From an uncultured virus (IMG/VR IMGVR_UViG_3300015371_000019) (lineage: Duplodnaviria > Heunggongvirae > Uroviricota > Caudoviricetes): 64,000 bases of DNA. The notes under the pieces are model-generated. The model saw only the letters and a list, made by a program, of their open reading frames with translations, had not been told where the DNA came from and did not search any database. Location of the stretch: the IMG/VR virus record IMGVR_UViG_3300015371_000019; one strand, given 5' to 3'. Both the position numbers and the translations under genes were made by a program. This document shows positions 37,189 to 46,725 of the stretch, piece after piece; position 1 is the first letter of the stretch; each line of letters begins with the position of its first letter.

Positions 37189-38043
37189 TTACTCATTAAC
37201 CGCATTGTCTTCGCCGTTTTCCCCGTTCCCGTCCGGTTCGCCGTTGGTAAGCTGTTGAGGGGTGACGTCGATGATTGGGGACGAAGACGCCTCCTTCTCC
37301 TTTTTCCTCCGGATCGCCTCGAGGATCCGCTTCCGGGTTTCCAGATCCAGGTCGAGGTCCTCCAAGCCGAAGGAAGGATCCAGCCCAGTGTGGTTGACGG
37401 TCATCCTCTCGCTATATCCCCGGTCCGCATTGATCGTCCGGTTGACGAACAGGACGGCCGTGGGATGGCGCTCGGCCACTAAGTCCATGAGAGCGTGCTC
37501 GAAGAAGTTCTTTTTATGCCACTCGACCTCTTCGACCAACCGCTTGAAGCCCGTATCCTCCCGCCTCCACCCGTTGAGCTGGTTGTAGGACACCCCGGTG
37601 ATCCGGCAGGCCTCGCTCAGGTTGTAGTTGGAGTAGATCAATGCGTGGATGAAGAGCTCCTGGCGGATCTTCCGGCCGAGGGCTTTCATCTCCCGGTGGA
37701 CGTTGGCTTGGTCCTCGAGGGTTTGCCTCTTCTTCGGGTCCGCCCATTTGGAGATCCGCTTCCAAACCTTCTGCGCCTCCGGGGTGAGCTGACGGAAGAC
37801 ATACTCCCCGAAGGTTTCCGCTTGGCCGGCCACGAACTCTTCGGCCTTGGTCCGGGCCACCTTGAAGGCCGGGGTATTCCACCAGCTCTTGAACGTATCC
37901 AGGTGGACGCCGAGGAGCTGGGCTTGCTTGGTCATCTCCTTTTCCCCGTGGCATAACCAGAAGAAGTACTCGAGGACCCGCTCCAGGTTGTAGCGGCTCA
38001 TCCCCAATCTGCTTTGCATATGTCGGAACTTCATGATCCCCAA
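37189..38043 (-). CDS. Terminase small subunit-like HTH protein
   Basis: NLSEACRITGVSYNQLNGWRRED..F, RGY.E; directly upstream of terL; start uncertain. Confidence 0.65.
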   Translation of the reverse strand: MGIMKFRHMQSRLGMSRYNLERVLEYFFWLCHGEKEMTKQAQLLGVHLDTFKSWWNTPAFKVARTKAEEFVAGQAETFGEYVFRQLTPEAQKVWKRISKWADPKKRQTLEDQANVHREMKALGRKIRQELFIHALIYSNYNLSEACRITGVSYNQLNGWRREDTGFKRLVEEVEWHKKNFFEHALMDLVAERHPTAVLFVNRTINADRGYSERMTVNHTGLDPSFGLEDLDLDLETRKRILEAIRRKKEKEASSSPIIDVTPQQLTNGEPDGNGENGEDNAVNE

Positions 38044-38072
38044 AATGGAGGACCACCGGGTTCCCGTAAAGC

Positions 38073-38109
38073 AAAAAAAACACCCGGCGGGAGGGTTCCC
38101 ACCGGGCGT
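38073..38109 (-). terminator. Intrinsic terminator
   Basis: ACGCCCGGTGGGA ACCC TCCCGCCGGGTGT then T run on - strand. Confidence 0.85.
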
Positions 38110-38131
38110 CTGCTTTTAGCCCAACCGCGCT

Positions 38132-38977
38132 TTACACTTCCACCGCTTCGTCGTCCTCTTCCTTCTCGTCCGCGGGTTCCGCCTCTTCCTTCGCAGGCTT
38201 GGCGGCGGGTTTGACCTTGGGCTTCTTCGCCGGGGCGGGTTCGTCCCCCTCGTCGTCGTCCCCGTCGTCGTCCGCTTCCGCCTTCGCGGGCTTGGACTTC
38301 CCGGCCGCCTTCGCGTCCTTGGCGCCCTTGCCCTTCTTGTCGGCTTTCTCTTCCTTGGCGAAGAGGGCCGGGTCCGGTCGGAGCTGCGCGAGCTCTTTCT
38401 TGCTCACGTCCGCGGGTTCCTGGGCTTTGGACTTGCCCTTGTGGAGCTGGATCCGGATCGTGTTATCGGCGACCTGGATTTTCGCTTTGTCGAACACGTA
38501 GCGGACTTCCTTGAAGGACCACCCGGCCACGCCCATGGCCCGGATCACTCCGGTGACGGGGTGCCCCAGGAATCCACCGAGGCCGCCGAGCTTCGGGCCC
38601 TCTTCCTTCTCCGACTTACCGTTCTTCTCTTCTTTGTTCTTAGCCATAACTGCCTTCCTTTCTTCTGTTCGTTGTGCGAGGAACGCGATCAAACCCTCCC
38701 GGCCGAGCCGTTTGAGGATCGGGACCTCGCTGTTTGGACTGATGTTTACACTCGCCGGGTCCGCCTGGAACGTTACGTCCGTCTCCAATGTCTTGAAGGT
38801 GTACGTTGTGTTCCGGAGCGGGATCACCGCCGCCCGGCTATCGTTTAGGAACCAAACGAAGTGCTCGGTGTTTCCCATACGGATGATGTCCCCGACCCGC
38901 AGCCGGACGCCGAACTCTGCCGGGTCCCTGGAACGGCGGACTTCCTTCAGGACTTCCTTGCTCTTCATCTTGCTCAT
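38132..38977 (-). CDS. Hypothetical protein with shared ~47-aa domain and K/A/D/E low-complexity tail
   Basis: GHPVTGVIRAMG..VADNTIRIQL; possible internal start at 38647 with SD. Confidence 0.65.
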   Translation of the reverse strand: MSKMKSKEVLKEVRRSRDPAEFGVRLRVGDIIRMGNTEHFVWFLNDSRAAVIPLRNTTYTFKTLETDVTFQADPASVNISPNSEVPILKRLGREGLIAFLAQRTEERKAVMAKNKEEKNGKSEKEEGPKLGGLGGFLGHPVTGVIRAMGVAGWSFKEVRYVFDKAKIQVADNTIRIQLHKGKSKAQEPADVSKKELAQLRPDPALFAKEEKADKKGKGAKDAKAAGKSKPAKAEADDDGDDDEGDEPAPAKKPKVKPAAKPAKEEAEPADEKEEDDEAVEV

Positions 38978-39262
38978 AAACTAATTTGTGCTTGGTGACC
39001 CTACGAGGGCCACCGGGTTTGCGAACCGGAGCGACTCTTCTCCGTGATATAGCGGGTACTAACCCGCCCCGGTTCTGCTCGGACGATCCATCCGGACCGC
39101 CCTTACTTGCAACCAATATCACCCACCTAGGATTTAACACCACATCTTTTTTGACATTTCAGCTCTTTTTTTCCTGGCCCACCTATGGTGATATCCCGGT
39201 CGCCGCGCCACCCACGAATGGTGGAAATGATATTCCAGCATTAGACTTTGGAATCTTTTGCA

Positions 39263-39970
39263 TTAGAGTTTGAAACCTTTAAGAACCAAATCACCGAGCA
39301 TCGGGGCCGTCGCCGGGTTGTATTCCGTCGGATCCTCCACCCCGGCCAAGTGGAACGCCTCCCGCCGCTCGATGCAAGTCCCGCACCGTCCGCATTGGAG
39401 GGTCTGCCCGGTGTAACAGGAATACGTTTCCTTCCAATCCACCTTCAAGGCGATCCCGGCCTTCAGGATGTCCGCCTTCGACAAGTTCACGAACGGAGTC
39501 TCCACCCGGACCTTCTTCCAGTCGCAGAGGGCGAGGGCCCCGTTCAGGGCGCCCACGAACTCCGGGCGGCAATCGGGATAGATGGCATGATCCCCGTAGT
39601 GCGCAGCGTAGGCCACCGACTCGATGTCGTTAGCAAGGGCGTGGCCGGCCGCGATCGACAGCATGATCATATTCCGATTGGGGACGACCGTCGCCTTCAT
39701 GGACTCCTCCGAGTAGTGCCCGGCCGGCACCGGGACAGAGGCGTCAGTCTGGGAGGAGCCGGGGAGGAGGTGTTTGAGGAAGGACATCTCCACGATCTCA
39801 TGCCTCACCCCAAGCTCGGTGCAATGCCGGGCGGCATACTCCAACTCAATCCCGTGGCGCTGACCGTAGTTGAAGGAGATCGCCCGGACCACTCCGGAGC
39901 ACTGGCGCATCTCCCGGAGTAATACCGCTGAGTCCATCCCGCCGGAAACCAACACTAGCGTTTTTTTCAT
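39263..39970 (-). CDS. queC: 7-cyano-7-deazaguanine synthase
   Basis: SGGMDS, YGQRH, VPNRN, YPDCRPEF, SCY..CGRCGTC. Confidence 0.96.
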   Translation of the reverse strand: MKKTLVLVSGGMDSAVLLREMRQCSGVVRAISFNYGQRHGIELEYAARHCTELGVRHEIVEMSFLKHLLPGSSQTDASVPVPAGHYSEESMKATVVPNRNMIMLSIAAGHALANDIESVAYAAHYGDHAIYPDCRPEFVGALNGALALCDWKKVRVETPFVNLSKADILKAGIALKVDWKETYSCYTGQTLQCGRCGTCIERREAFHLAGVEDPTEYNPATAPMLGDLVLKGFKL

Positions 39971-40575
39971 TCTGTGATCCTTTCTATTTGTTCTATTATC
40001 TCCGCGGGCTTCATTACCCGGAGAAAATCCTCGAGCCGGAGGCACCCGTAGTAGAGCCTCCACCACCTCTTTCCTTTCCCCTCGTTCACCCGCACCTTGA
40101 AGAGAACGAAGGTGGGACAGATCTTCAGGAGGTTGAACCGCTTGGCCGTCGGCCAGTCGATGTAAACCACGGACTCCCGAAAGTCCCGTTGGTGAATGAG
40201 GAGCCAGCCAAGTGAACCCGCATCCGTCATGGAGTCCACCGTTTGCTTCAACGTCTTCTCCCATTTGCGTTGGGTATCCGTCGGCCGGGCGTCGAGCAGG
40301 TCGAGCGGATGACCGTGGGAGTCTCCCCGCTTGAGCTCGATGGTGAACATCTTGAGCAACGGCCGGCCGATCGGGTCCATTGCCGCCACGTCCCCGTAGG
40401 AGTTGGCTGTCTTCAATCCTTTCCTCGCCCGCCAGGTTGCCCGGCCGCCGGACTGGGATGACCTCCAGAAGATATCGTCCCTCACTTCCTCCTCCGGCCA
40501 CCCTCCTAGGCTCCACCAGCGGGATAGTGTCCGGCAGATCTTCCGTTCAAACTGGGATCCTTTTTTGGCTCTCAT
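39967..40575 (-). CDS. Holliday junction resolvase-like PD-(D/E)xK nuclease
   Basis: KGSQFER, SGG, GDV, IELK. Confidence 0.7.
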   Translation of the reverse strand: MRAKKGSQFERKICRTLSRWWSLGGWPEEEVRDDIFWRSSQSGGRATWRARKGLKTANSYGDVAAMDPIGRPLLKMFTIELKRGDSHGHPLDLLDARPTDTQRKWEKTLKQTVDSMTDAGSLGWLLIHQRDFRESVVYIDWPTAKRFNLLKICPTFVLFKVRVNEGKGKRWWRLYYGCLRLEDFLRVMKPAEIIEQIERITE

Positions 40576-41414
40576 ACCCGTATCCGTCCCTCCTTGATCT
40601 TTAGTTTCTTGGCCAGCCGGATCCATTTGTCCTCCGACCAATCCCGATCGTAGAGCTTGATCTTTGGACAACCCTCGGCCGGGAGCTCCACCAACTGGCG
40701 ATTCCGTTGGATGATATTCCTACCCTCTGGACTACGGATCTTGTTGAGCTTGGCCCCGGAGCTGATCTGGCCCCGGATATACTTCAATGCCGTGTTCTCC
40801 CCGATACCCGGAATGCCGGGCACCCCGTCCGTCTTACACCCGGCGATCGCCTTCACGCGGGCCCAGGCCCGTGGCGGAATCTCATACAGGTTCTCAAAGG
40901 CCCTTTTTGTCATGGTGCCCGACATGTGCAGGATGACCCGCTCGGAAAGGCATTGGTAGAGGTCCTTGTCGGAGGAAACCAAAACGAGGAACAGCTTCTC
41001 GTCCCCGTCGGGACCCTCCCTCAACCCGTCGTAGGTGAAGGCAATCTTGGCCATCAAGTCGTCGCTCTCCATCCCCGGCGACCGGAACACGTTCACGAAC
41101 CCGGCCCGTCCTAGTTGCTTCCATAGTTCGTCTATCACCCTCCTCACCCTGATCTTGTCCTGGATCACCTCCGAGTCAGTCTCGCCCCGGCGATAGGCTT
41201 TGTACTTAGGAAAGATTTGCCGGCGGAAGAGAACCGGGGAGTCAAAACAAAAGGCTAAGTGATCCGTCTGGAAGCTCGTCCGAAGGGAGGTCACCGTCCG
41301 CATGAAACAGGTAACCAGCCCCTCGTTCAAATACCAACCCGGTCCGCTCTTTCGTAGGACACCCCACAGCCGAAAGCACAGGTTGGGACAATCTAATACT
41401 AGCCACGTCTTCAT
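40572..41414 (-). CDS. 5'-3' exonuclease / flap endonuclease (T4 RNase H-like)
   Basis: FD, YKA.R, ESDD, SSDKDL.Q, G...DGVPGIPGIGE.TA. Confidence 0.9.
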   Translation of the reverse strand: MKTWLVLDCPNLCFRLWGVLRKSGPGWYLNEGLVTCFMRTVTSLRTSFQTDHLAFCFDSPVLFRRQIFPKYKAYRRGETDSEVIQDKIRVRRVIDELWKQLGRAGFVNVFRSPGMESDDLMAKIAFTYDGLREGPDGDEKLFLVLVSSDKDLYQCLSERVILHMSGTMTKRAFENLYEIPPRAWARVKAIAGCKTDGVPGIPGIGENTALKYIRGQISSGAKLNKIRSPEGRNIIQRNRQLVELPAEGCPKIKLYDRDWSEDKWIRLAKKLKIKEGRIRV

Positions 41415-42016
41415 TGTTTGATCTTTCCGTGGGTCCACTCGTGTTTCCCCACCAAGTAGAGGGCCAACGACTTGACATAGTCCGGGCATTCCTTAGTGGA
41501 TAGGGCTAGGACCCCACCACCATACTCCATTTCCTCCGCCTTCATGTTGTCATAGGCCTTGTTGGAGATCAGCTTGAACTTGTACTGGTGATAGATGTAA
41601 CGGTAAGCCAACACCAAGTCCAAGCTCGCCGCGACCTCTTTGTTCTTCACCACCTGTTCCTGATCCTTAGTGCTGATCTCCGATAAGTCCCGCATGAGGA
41701 CCCGGGCGGCATGCTCCAAGTCAATCCCCTGTTTGATACAGGACCGGATCAGCTTCCGTTCGGCGTCGGTGAGGCGCTTCCCCTTCCGACTGATCCGTTG
41801 CTTGGGTTGGTAGTCCACGATCCGGTTGCGTTCGTTGTACACATACTCGTCGAGCTTCTTCTTGATCGCATACGGGTTACGGCCAATCTTAGCGGCCAAC
41901 CGGACGATATCCACCCCCTCGAAGTGCATGTCCAACATCCGATCCCCCTCCCGCCTCTTCCACGGCTCCTCGGCTTGTGGGTTACGGACGCTCTCCTCCG
42001 GTAATAGTTTGCTCAT
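41411..42016 (-). CDS. Hypothetical protein (HTH/Myb-like repeats)
   Basis: W...E...L..., LAAKIGRNPYAI; coupled overlaps. Confidence 0.5.
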   Translation of the reverse strand: MSKLLPEESVRNPQAEEPWKRREGDRMLDMHFEGVDIVRLAAKIGRNPYAIKKKLDEYVYNERNRIVDYQPKQRISRKGKRLTDAERKLIRSCIKQGIDLEHAARVLMRDLSEISTKDQEQVVKNKEVAASLDLVLAYRYIYHQYKFKLISNKAYDNMKAEEMEYGGGVLALSTKECPDYVKSLALYLVGKHEWTHGKIKQ

Positions 42017-42315
42017 GTGGTTTGATACGAAGCCGTTTTGAAATCGGTGCACAGGAAATGGGGTGGGAGTCCGCCGAGCACGCTTAAGTAAATGAGGCCG
42101 CCCCGGTTTAGCTCCTCCAACTCCTCCGGGGTGGGCTTCCAAGCCACGACAACGAACGTATGGCCGTCCAGGTTCCCTTGTTGGATGACTCCGACGAAGG
42201 CCTCCGCCGCCGAGCATTGGGAAGGATCCAAGTCCGGCGGCGGGTTGAATACTTGGTTCGACTCTGGAAAGGGTGAACAGATCATACAACGGTTGAGTCG
42301 GAGGGAAGTCTCCAT
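42013..42315 (-). CDS. Hypothetical phage protein
   Basis: WKPTPEEL..LN.GG motif; start uncertain. Confidence 0.55.
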   Translation of the reverse strand: METSLRLNRCMICSPFPESNQVFNPPPDLDPSQCSAAEAFVGVIQQGNLDGHTFVVVAWKPTPEELEELNRGGLIYLSVLGGLPPHFLCTDFKTASYQTT

Positions 42316-42465
42316 TCATCCTGAGGCGGGACGGGAAATGGTTCCCAAACTGAACTGCCCTCATACAACCCATCCAACTTCCACAGGGTCCCGTCGTCAC
42401 ACACGGCGAGAATGAAATACTTTCCCACCGGATCGATGCTGCTAACTACCTGTATCACTTTGCGC

Positions 42466-43548
42466 TTATGCATAACGAGCCTTTCGTTTGACCAAGCACT
42501 CCTCCTCAATTTGTTGCCAGGTCTCCCCGACCACTTCCCGTAGGCGAGTCTCCAGCCCCTTGTCTTCGATATACGCTACAACCCGGCCTCTGGGCCCCTT
42601 TATCCGCAAATCTCGCGCGACAACTACCCCGTCGTCGTTTGACCAACGTCCCTCCCGCACGAGGAAGTCCACACAGGACCCGACATCGTCGATGCCGAGT
42701 CCGTAGTAGATGGGAAGGATGACCTGACGGTCCCGCCCTACCTTCCCGGTGAGCCTGTTCTTCTTCACTTCCACCAAGCACTGTACCCCAACCACCCGTT
42801 TGCGGCCATGGCGGAGTCTCTCCAACTTCTTCCCGACCGCCGACCAGATCTCTAGGTGGGCATAGAACCGTAGGGCCCGACCGCCCGACCGGGTTTTGGG
42901 ATTGAACCCGTAGCCTAGAGAGTCCCGGGTCTGCCCGATGATGATGAGGATACTCCCTAGGTCCCGGATGCCCGCTAGGGACTCGCGGATGTGCTCGCTA
43001 TGATACTTCGCCTTCCCGTCCCCGAAGGATCCCTTGGCCTCCTCACCCTCCTTCTCCGCCTTCCGTTGCTGCTTGAACTTCTTCTTGGAGGCGGCCGAGG
43101 TCAGGCTGTCCTGTGAGTCGAGCACGTAGATGAACGGCCGGCCTTTGGCAATCCTCCGGTCCAGGTTGTTATAGAAGGTTTCAATGGAGGTGCTGTTACT
43201 CCAAGCACCGTGTTTGTCCAACGTCGGAGGCTCGAGCCGTCGGGCAACCTCCTTGCCGAAGTAATGCTCAATGTCCATTAGGGCCCCGCCCTCGACGTCA
43301 TCGAAGACTAGATCGTAGTTGTCGAAGGCGGGGTTCTGACAAGCCTCCGCAAAGCAGGACAAGGACAGCCATGTCTTCCCGCTGGCCGAGTCCCCGACCA
43401 AGTAGTAGTAACCTCCCTTGAGGAAGGCGACGGCCGGGTTGTCGGCGCAGGCCAGGTTCAATAGGGTGGACCCGCTGCTCACCCCGTTCTTGAGGGACGG
43501 GGTGAGCTTCTTACGACGGGCCAGTAACAGTTTGCGGGAATCAATCAT
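42466..43548 (-). CDS. RecA/UvsX-like recombinase
   Basis: SSGS..LN, GDSASGKT, D.EG, VLDS, GGRALRFYA, KNR. Confidence 0.88.
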   Translation of the reverse strand: MIDSRKLLLARRKKLTPSLKNGVSSGSTLLNLACADNPAVAFLKGGYYYLVGDSASGKTWLSLSCFAEACQNPAFDNYDLVFDDVEGGALMDIEHYFGKEVARRLEPPTLDKHGAWSNSTSIETFYNNLDRRIAKGRPFIYVLDSQDSLTSAASKKKFKQQRKAEKEGEEAKGSFGDGKAKYHSEHIRESLAGIRDLGSILIIIGQTRDSLGYGFNPKTRSGGRALRFYAHLEIWSAVGKKLERLRHGRKRVVGVQCLVEVKKNRLTGKVGRDRQVILPIYYGLGIDDVGSCVDFLVREGRWSNDDGVVVARDLRIKGPRGRVVAYIEDKGLETRLREVVGETWQQIEEECLVKRKARYA

Positions 43549-44749
43549 CGTCGTCGTCCCCGTTGACTTCGGCCTTTACCTTCTTCTTCTTGGGTGCCGG
43601 CTCGTCGTCGTCATCATCCGAGTCCTCGACCCGCTTTTTCTTCGGGGCCGGCTCATCATCATCGTCGTCCTCGTCCTCGTCCTCGTCCTTAGACTTCTTG
43701 CCCTTGGGCTTGTCATCCTCGTCGAAGTCATCCCAGTTCTCGTCCTCACCTTTGGCTTTCTTCTTGCCCTTCGGGGCCGGCTCGTCGTCGTCGTCATCGT
43801 CGGGTGGCGTCTCGTCATCCTCCACCCGCTTTTTCTTAGCCTTAGGAGCAGGCTCGTCATCGTCGTCATCGTCCACTTCCACCCGAGCCTTCTTCTTGGG
43901 TTTGTCGTCCCCGTCATCGTCGTCATCATCCTCGTCGGAGTCCGCCGGAGTCCGTTTGCCCTTCTTGCGGGCGTCTTCAACCTCGTCGTCCTCTTCCTTG
44001 TCGTCCTTCTCCTCGGCCGATTCCAGGAACCGTTCCTTCAGGACGTCGTATTCCTCCATCTTCAGGAGCTCATCCAAGTTGAACACCTGGTCGAGGAACT
44101 CGTTATCGTAGTCTTCCTTCCGGGTTTTGAAGTCGATCGTCTCCGCCTCCACGAAGGACCGACCGCCGAAGGACTTCTCCGCAAACCCGACCTTGAGGGT
44201 GAGCCCACCTTCCAGCCGATAGAACAAGTCCCACTCGTCCTCCTCGTCCGAGTCCCTAATCCGGGCGTCGAGCAGCCGGCCGAAGAGGTGGTAGGAGATG
44301 TCGAACAACTGGATGCCCTTGTCTGGCTCCTTGAGGTTACGGATGTTGAAGAGCTGGCGCTCCCGCGGGGAGATGTCCTTGATCATAGCCTCGTTCTCGG
44401 CCGCGTCGTCCCGCATGAGGCGTTGGCGGTGTTCGCAGATGGGGCAGGGCTTCTTCCTCGTCATCCGGGGGCACAGGTAGGCGTTCTGATCCGCCCCGAC
44501 CCGGCCGTGAAGGTGGTAAGTCCGCTCGTAGTGGAGCGAACCCTCTTGGGCGAACGGATTGTGTTTCCCGACCCGGTAAGGGAGGACATCCAACAAGTAG
44601 ATGCCAACCTTCGGCCGGAACAATGTGGCCCCTTGTGGTAGTTTGAGGTAGGTGGCTGAAAAGCCCATCCCTTGTTCCTTCTTCTTCGCCCGATCGCGGC
44701 CTGACGTGTACTTGAGGCGCCGCTCCTCCCGCTCTTGCGTTCTAGACAT
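43541..44749 (-). CDS. Single-stranded DNA-binding protein (T4 gp32-like) with very long acidic tail
   Basis: H...CP...CPICE Zn motif; repeated DDDDEPAPK units. Confidence 0.75.
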   Translation of the reverse strand: MSRTQEREERRLKYTSGRDRAKKKEQGMGFSATYLKLPQGATLFRPKVGIYLLDVLPYRVGKHNPFAQEGSLHYERTYHLHGRVGADQNAYLCPRMTRKKPCPICEHRQRLMRDDAAENEAMIKDISPRERQLFNIRNLKEPDKGIQLFDISYHLFGRLLDARIRDSDEEDEWDLFYRLEGGLTLKVGFAEKSFGGRSFVEAETIDFKTRKEDYDNEFLDQVFNLDELLKMEEYDVLKERFLESAEEKDDKEEDDEVEDARKKGKRTPADSDEDDDDDDGDDKPKKKARVEVDDDDDDEPAPKAKKKRVEDDETPPDDDDDDEPAPKGKKKAKGEDENWDDFDEDDKPKGKKSKDEDEDEDDDDDEPAPKKKRVEDSDDDDDEPAPKKKKVKAEVNGDDDDD

Positions 44750-44762
44750 AATGTCCTTTTGT

Positions 44763-44885
44763 TTATGGTTTTCGGTTGTTGTACTGTTCCTTCGCCCGAA
44801 GGTAGCCCGCCGTTCCAAACTTCATCACCAAGTAGGCGACTATTGGTAGCAGCAACACTCCAAGCAAAATGTAAAGAATGATCAC
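44763..44885 (-). CDS. Small membrane protein (40 aa)
   Basis: GTG overlapping upstream TGA; IILYILLGVLLLPIVAYLVMKFG. Confidence 0.5.
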   Translation of the reverse strand: MIILYILLGVLLLPIVAYLVMKFGTAGYLRAKEQYNNRKP

Positions 44886-45403
44886 TCCTCCTCTTCCTCT
44901 CTCCGTTGCCCGCGGGTCCGTATCCGTTCCTTCATCTTCTGTTCCATGGACTGCCGACCCTCCGCCGTGGTCGGTTTGACTTCGGAGAAGTAACCGGAGG
45001 TGTGCAAATCCACCAGCATCGCGAGGGCCCTCTTCTTGTGCTCGAGGGCACTCACGAGGGCCTGATCCAAGTCCTGCCGGTGCTTGGACTTGATCAACCG
45101 GGATTGGGCTTCCTTGTAAGGTGGTTGGAGGACTACGATCTCTTTGATCGCCGACTCGGTGACCTTCTCCAACCCATACTTGCCCGGTGTGGACCGGATG
45201 TGCTTGCAGAGGTCGGCGTCCACCACCTCCAGCTCGTTCTTAGCATACTCCACATCCCGCCGGGAGTCCGCAGCTTGGTGGGCGGCCTGTAGGTAATTGT
45301 GCGGGAGGTTGACGCATTCGTCACCGAGGCGGAGCTCGTCGATCTGGACGGTGATCTCCGCCCGTTCCCGCCGGGTCGTCTTTTCCTCGTTCCCGCTTTT
45401 CAT
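44882..45403 (-). CDS. UvsY-like recombination mediator
   Basis: Helical, KVTESAI, ALEHKK..L; next to SSB and RecA. Confidence 0.55.
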   Translation of the reverse strand: MKSGNEEKTTRRERAEITVQIDELRLGDECVNLPHNYLQAAHQAADSRRDVEYAKNELEVVDADLCKHIRSTPGKYGLEKVTESAIKEIVVLQPPYKEAQSRLIKSKHRQDLDQALVSALEHKKRALAMLVDLHTSGYFSEVKPTTAEGRQSMEQKMKERIRTRGQRREEEEE

Positions 45404-45792
45404 GACATGGATCCGGCGGCGCCGGCTTGTTTGTCGGCCCGTTCGACGGCCTGCTTGTCGGTGTACTTGAAGTCCTTGTAACGTTTGGCCAGCTTCTCGA
45501 TGTTACCCCTTAGGACTTCCTCGCGACCAACGTCCATGTATGGATTGGTCCGGAATTGTTCCAAGTAGAACTCAAGGTCGCCGAGCTCCTCCTTCACGTT
45601 CACCCTATCCAATGGTTTGTTGTAGATGACGTGGGCCTTTACGGCGTCCAACAATTCCCCGGCCTCGCTCGCAATACCGAGCATAGCGTGGAGTAGGTCC
45701 ACCTTGACCGGATCCAAGGCGGCCAAGATCTCCGCCGGGTTCTTGACTAACGACTTCACCATCTGTTTGTGTTGTTGTTCGATGAGTTGCAT
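45400..45792 (-). CDS. MazG-like NTP pyrophosphohydrolase
   Basis: GIASEAGELLD..K, EELGD..FY, NIEKL.KRY. Confidence 0.85.
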   Translation of the reverse strand: MQLIEQQHKQMVKSLVKNPAEILAALDPVKVDLLHAMLGIASEAGELLDAVKAHVIYNKPLDRVNVKEELGDLEFYLEQFRTNPYMDVGREEVLRGNIEKLAKRYKDFKYTDKQAVERADKQAGAAGSMS

Positions 45793-45798
45793 ATAGCT

Positions 45799-46725
45799 TT
45801 ATTGATTCATTATCTCCCAGCAGGCTGCGGCGAGTCCTGCTTGTTTGCTGTTAAAGAAATTGTCGGCCATGACATCCAGTATGATGTAGGCCCGTGGAGC
45901 CAACTTGCCACCGCCTAACAGAACCTTCCGACAGTATCCCAAGATCATGTAACGGATGTGCTCCGGGTCCTCCTCTTCCAAGGCCCGCAAACAACCCGCC
46001 GCCTCGCTCCAGTTGTTCCGTCCGTAGAGTAGAACCTGAACCAGCTTCTTCACTACGATCTTGTCGAGCGTAGCCCCTTTGAGGGCGGAGAGTTGTTCGT
46101 CCTCCGAAGCCAACCCTCCAATCTGTTCCAGGATAACCAAGGCCTTGCGAGCGGATCCGTCGGCGGCCTCCACGAGGGCGTCCACCACATCCTCGGTGAG
46201 TTTGTACTTCTCCTTCGCGGCGATATCCCGGACCAACACCGCCAGGTATTTTAGGGACAGAGGAACGACAGAGATTTGGGTGCTCCGGGTGACGATGCCC
46301 TTGATCAACTTGTGAGGATCCGTCGTTGCTAACATGAAGTAAACTTTGGGCGGAGTGTCCTCGAGGACCTTGAGCAAGCCGTTCTGGGCGTCGTTGGTAA
46401 GTTTATGGCATTCGTCGATCAACCAAATCCGACACTCACCCGCCATCGGCCGGAGGTTAACAGCCCGGCGGATGTCCCTGACCGTATCAATCCCGCGGAA
46501 GTCCGCACAGTTGATCTCGAAGTAGTCCGGGTCGCCGCAGCCGAGCTTCTCCTTGAGAATCCTTCCAATGGTCGTCTTACCGCATCCCGACGGGCCGGCC
46601 AGCAGGATGGTCTGTGGAACCCGATTTTCCTGAACGAGCAGCTTCAAGCTGGAGACGGCCCCGTCCTGACCTAGTAAGTCCGATAGCCGGCGAGGCCGGT
46701 ACTTCTTGTAAAGACTAGTTTCCAT
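45799..46725 (-). CDS. dnaX: Clamp loader, DNA Pol III gamma/tau-like
   Basis: LYKKYRP, GQ, GPSGCGKTT, IDECH.L, AQN.LLK.LE. Confidence 0.85.
   Translation of the reverse strand: METSLYKKYRPRRLSDLLGQDGAVSSLKLLVQENRVPQTILLAGPSGCGKTTIGRILKEKLGCGDPDYFEINCADFRGIDTVRDIRRAVNLRPMAGECRIWLIDECHKLTNDAQNGLLKVLEDTPPKVYFMLATTDPHKLIKGIVTRSTQISVVPLSLKYLAVLVRDIAAKEKYKLTEDVVDALVEAADGSARKALVILEQIGGLASEDEQLSALKGATLDKIVVKKLVQVLLYGRNNWSEAAGCLRALEEEDPEHIRYMILGYCRKVLLGGGKLAPRAYIILDVMADNFFNSKQAGLAAACWEIMNQ

Noticed and set aside
43418..44641. Long + strand ORFs (407 aa hydrophobic; Ser-rich), and similar antisense ORFs over the capsid and thyA genes
   Set aside because: Antisense shadows of GC-rich or low-complexity - strand genes.
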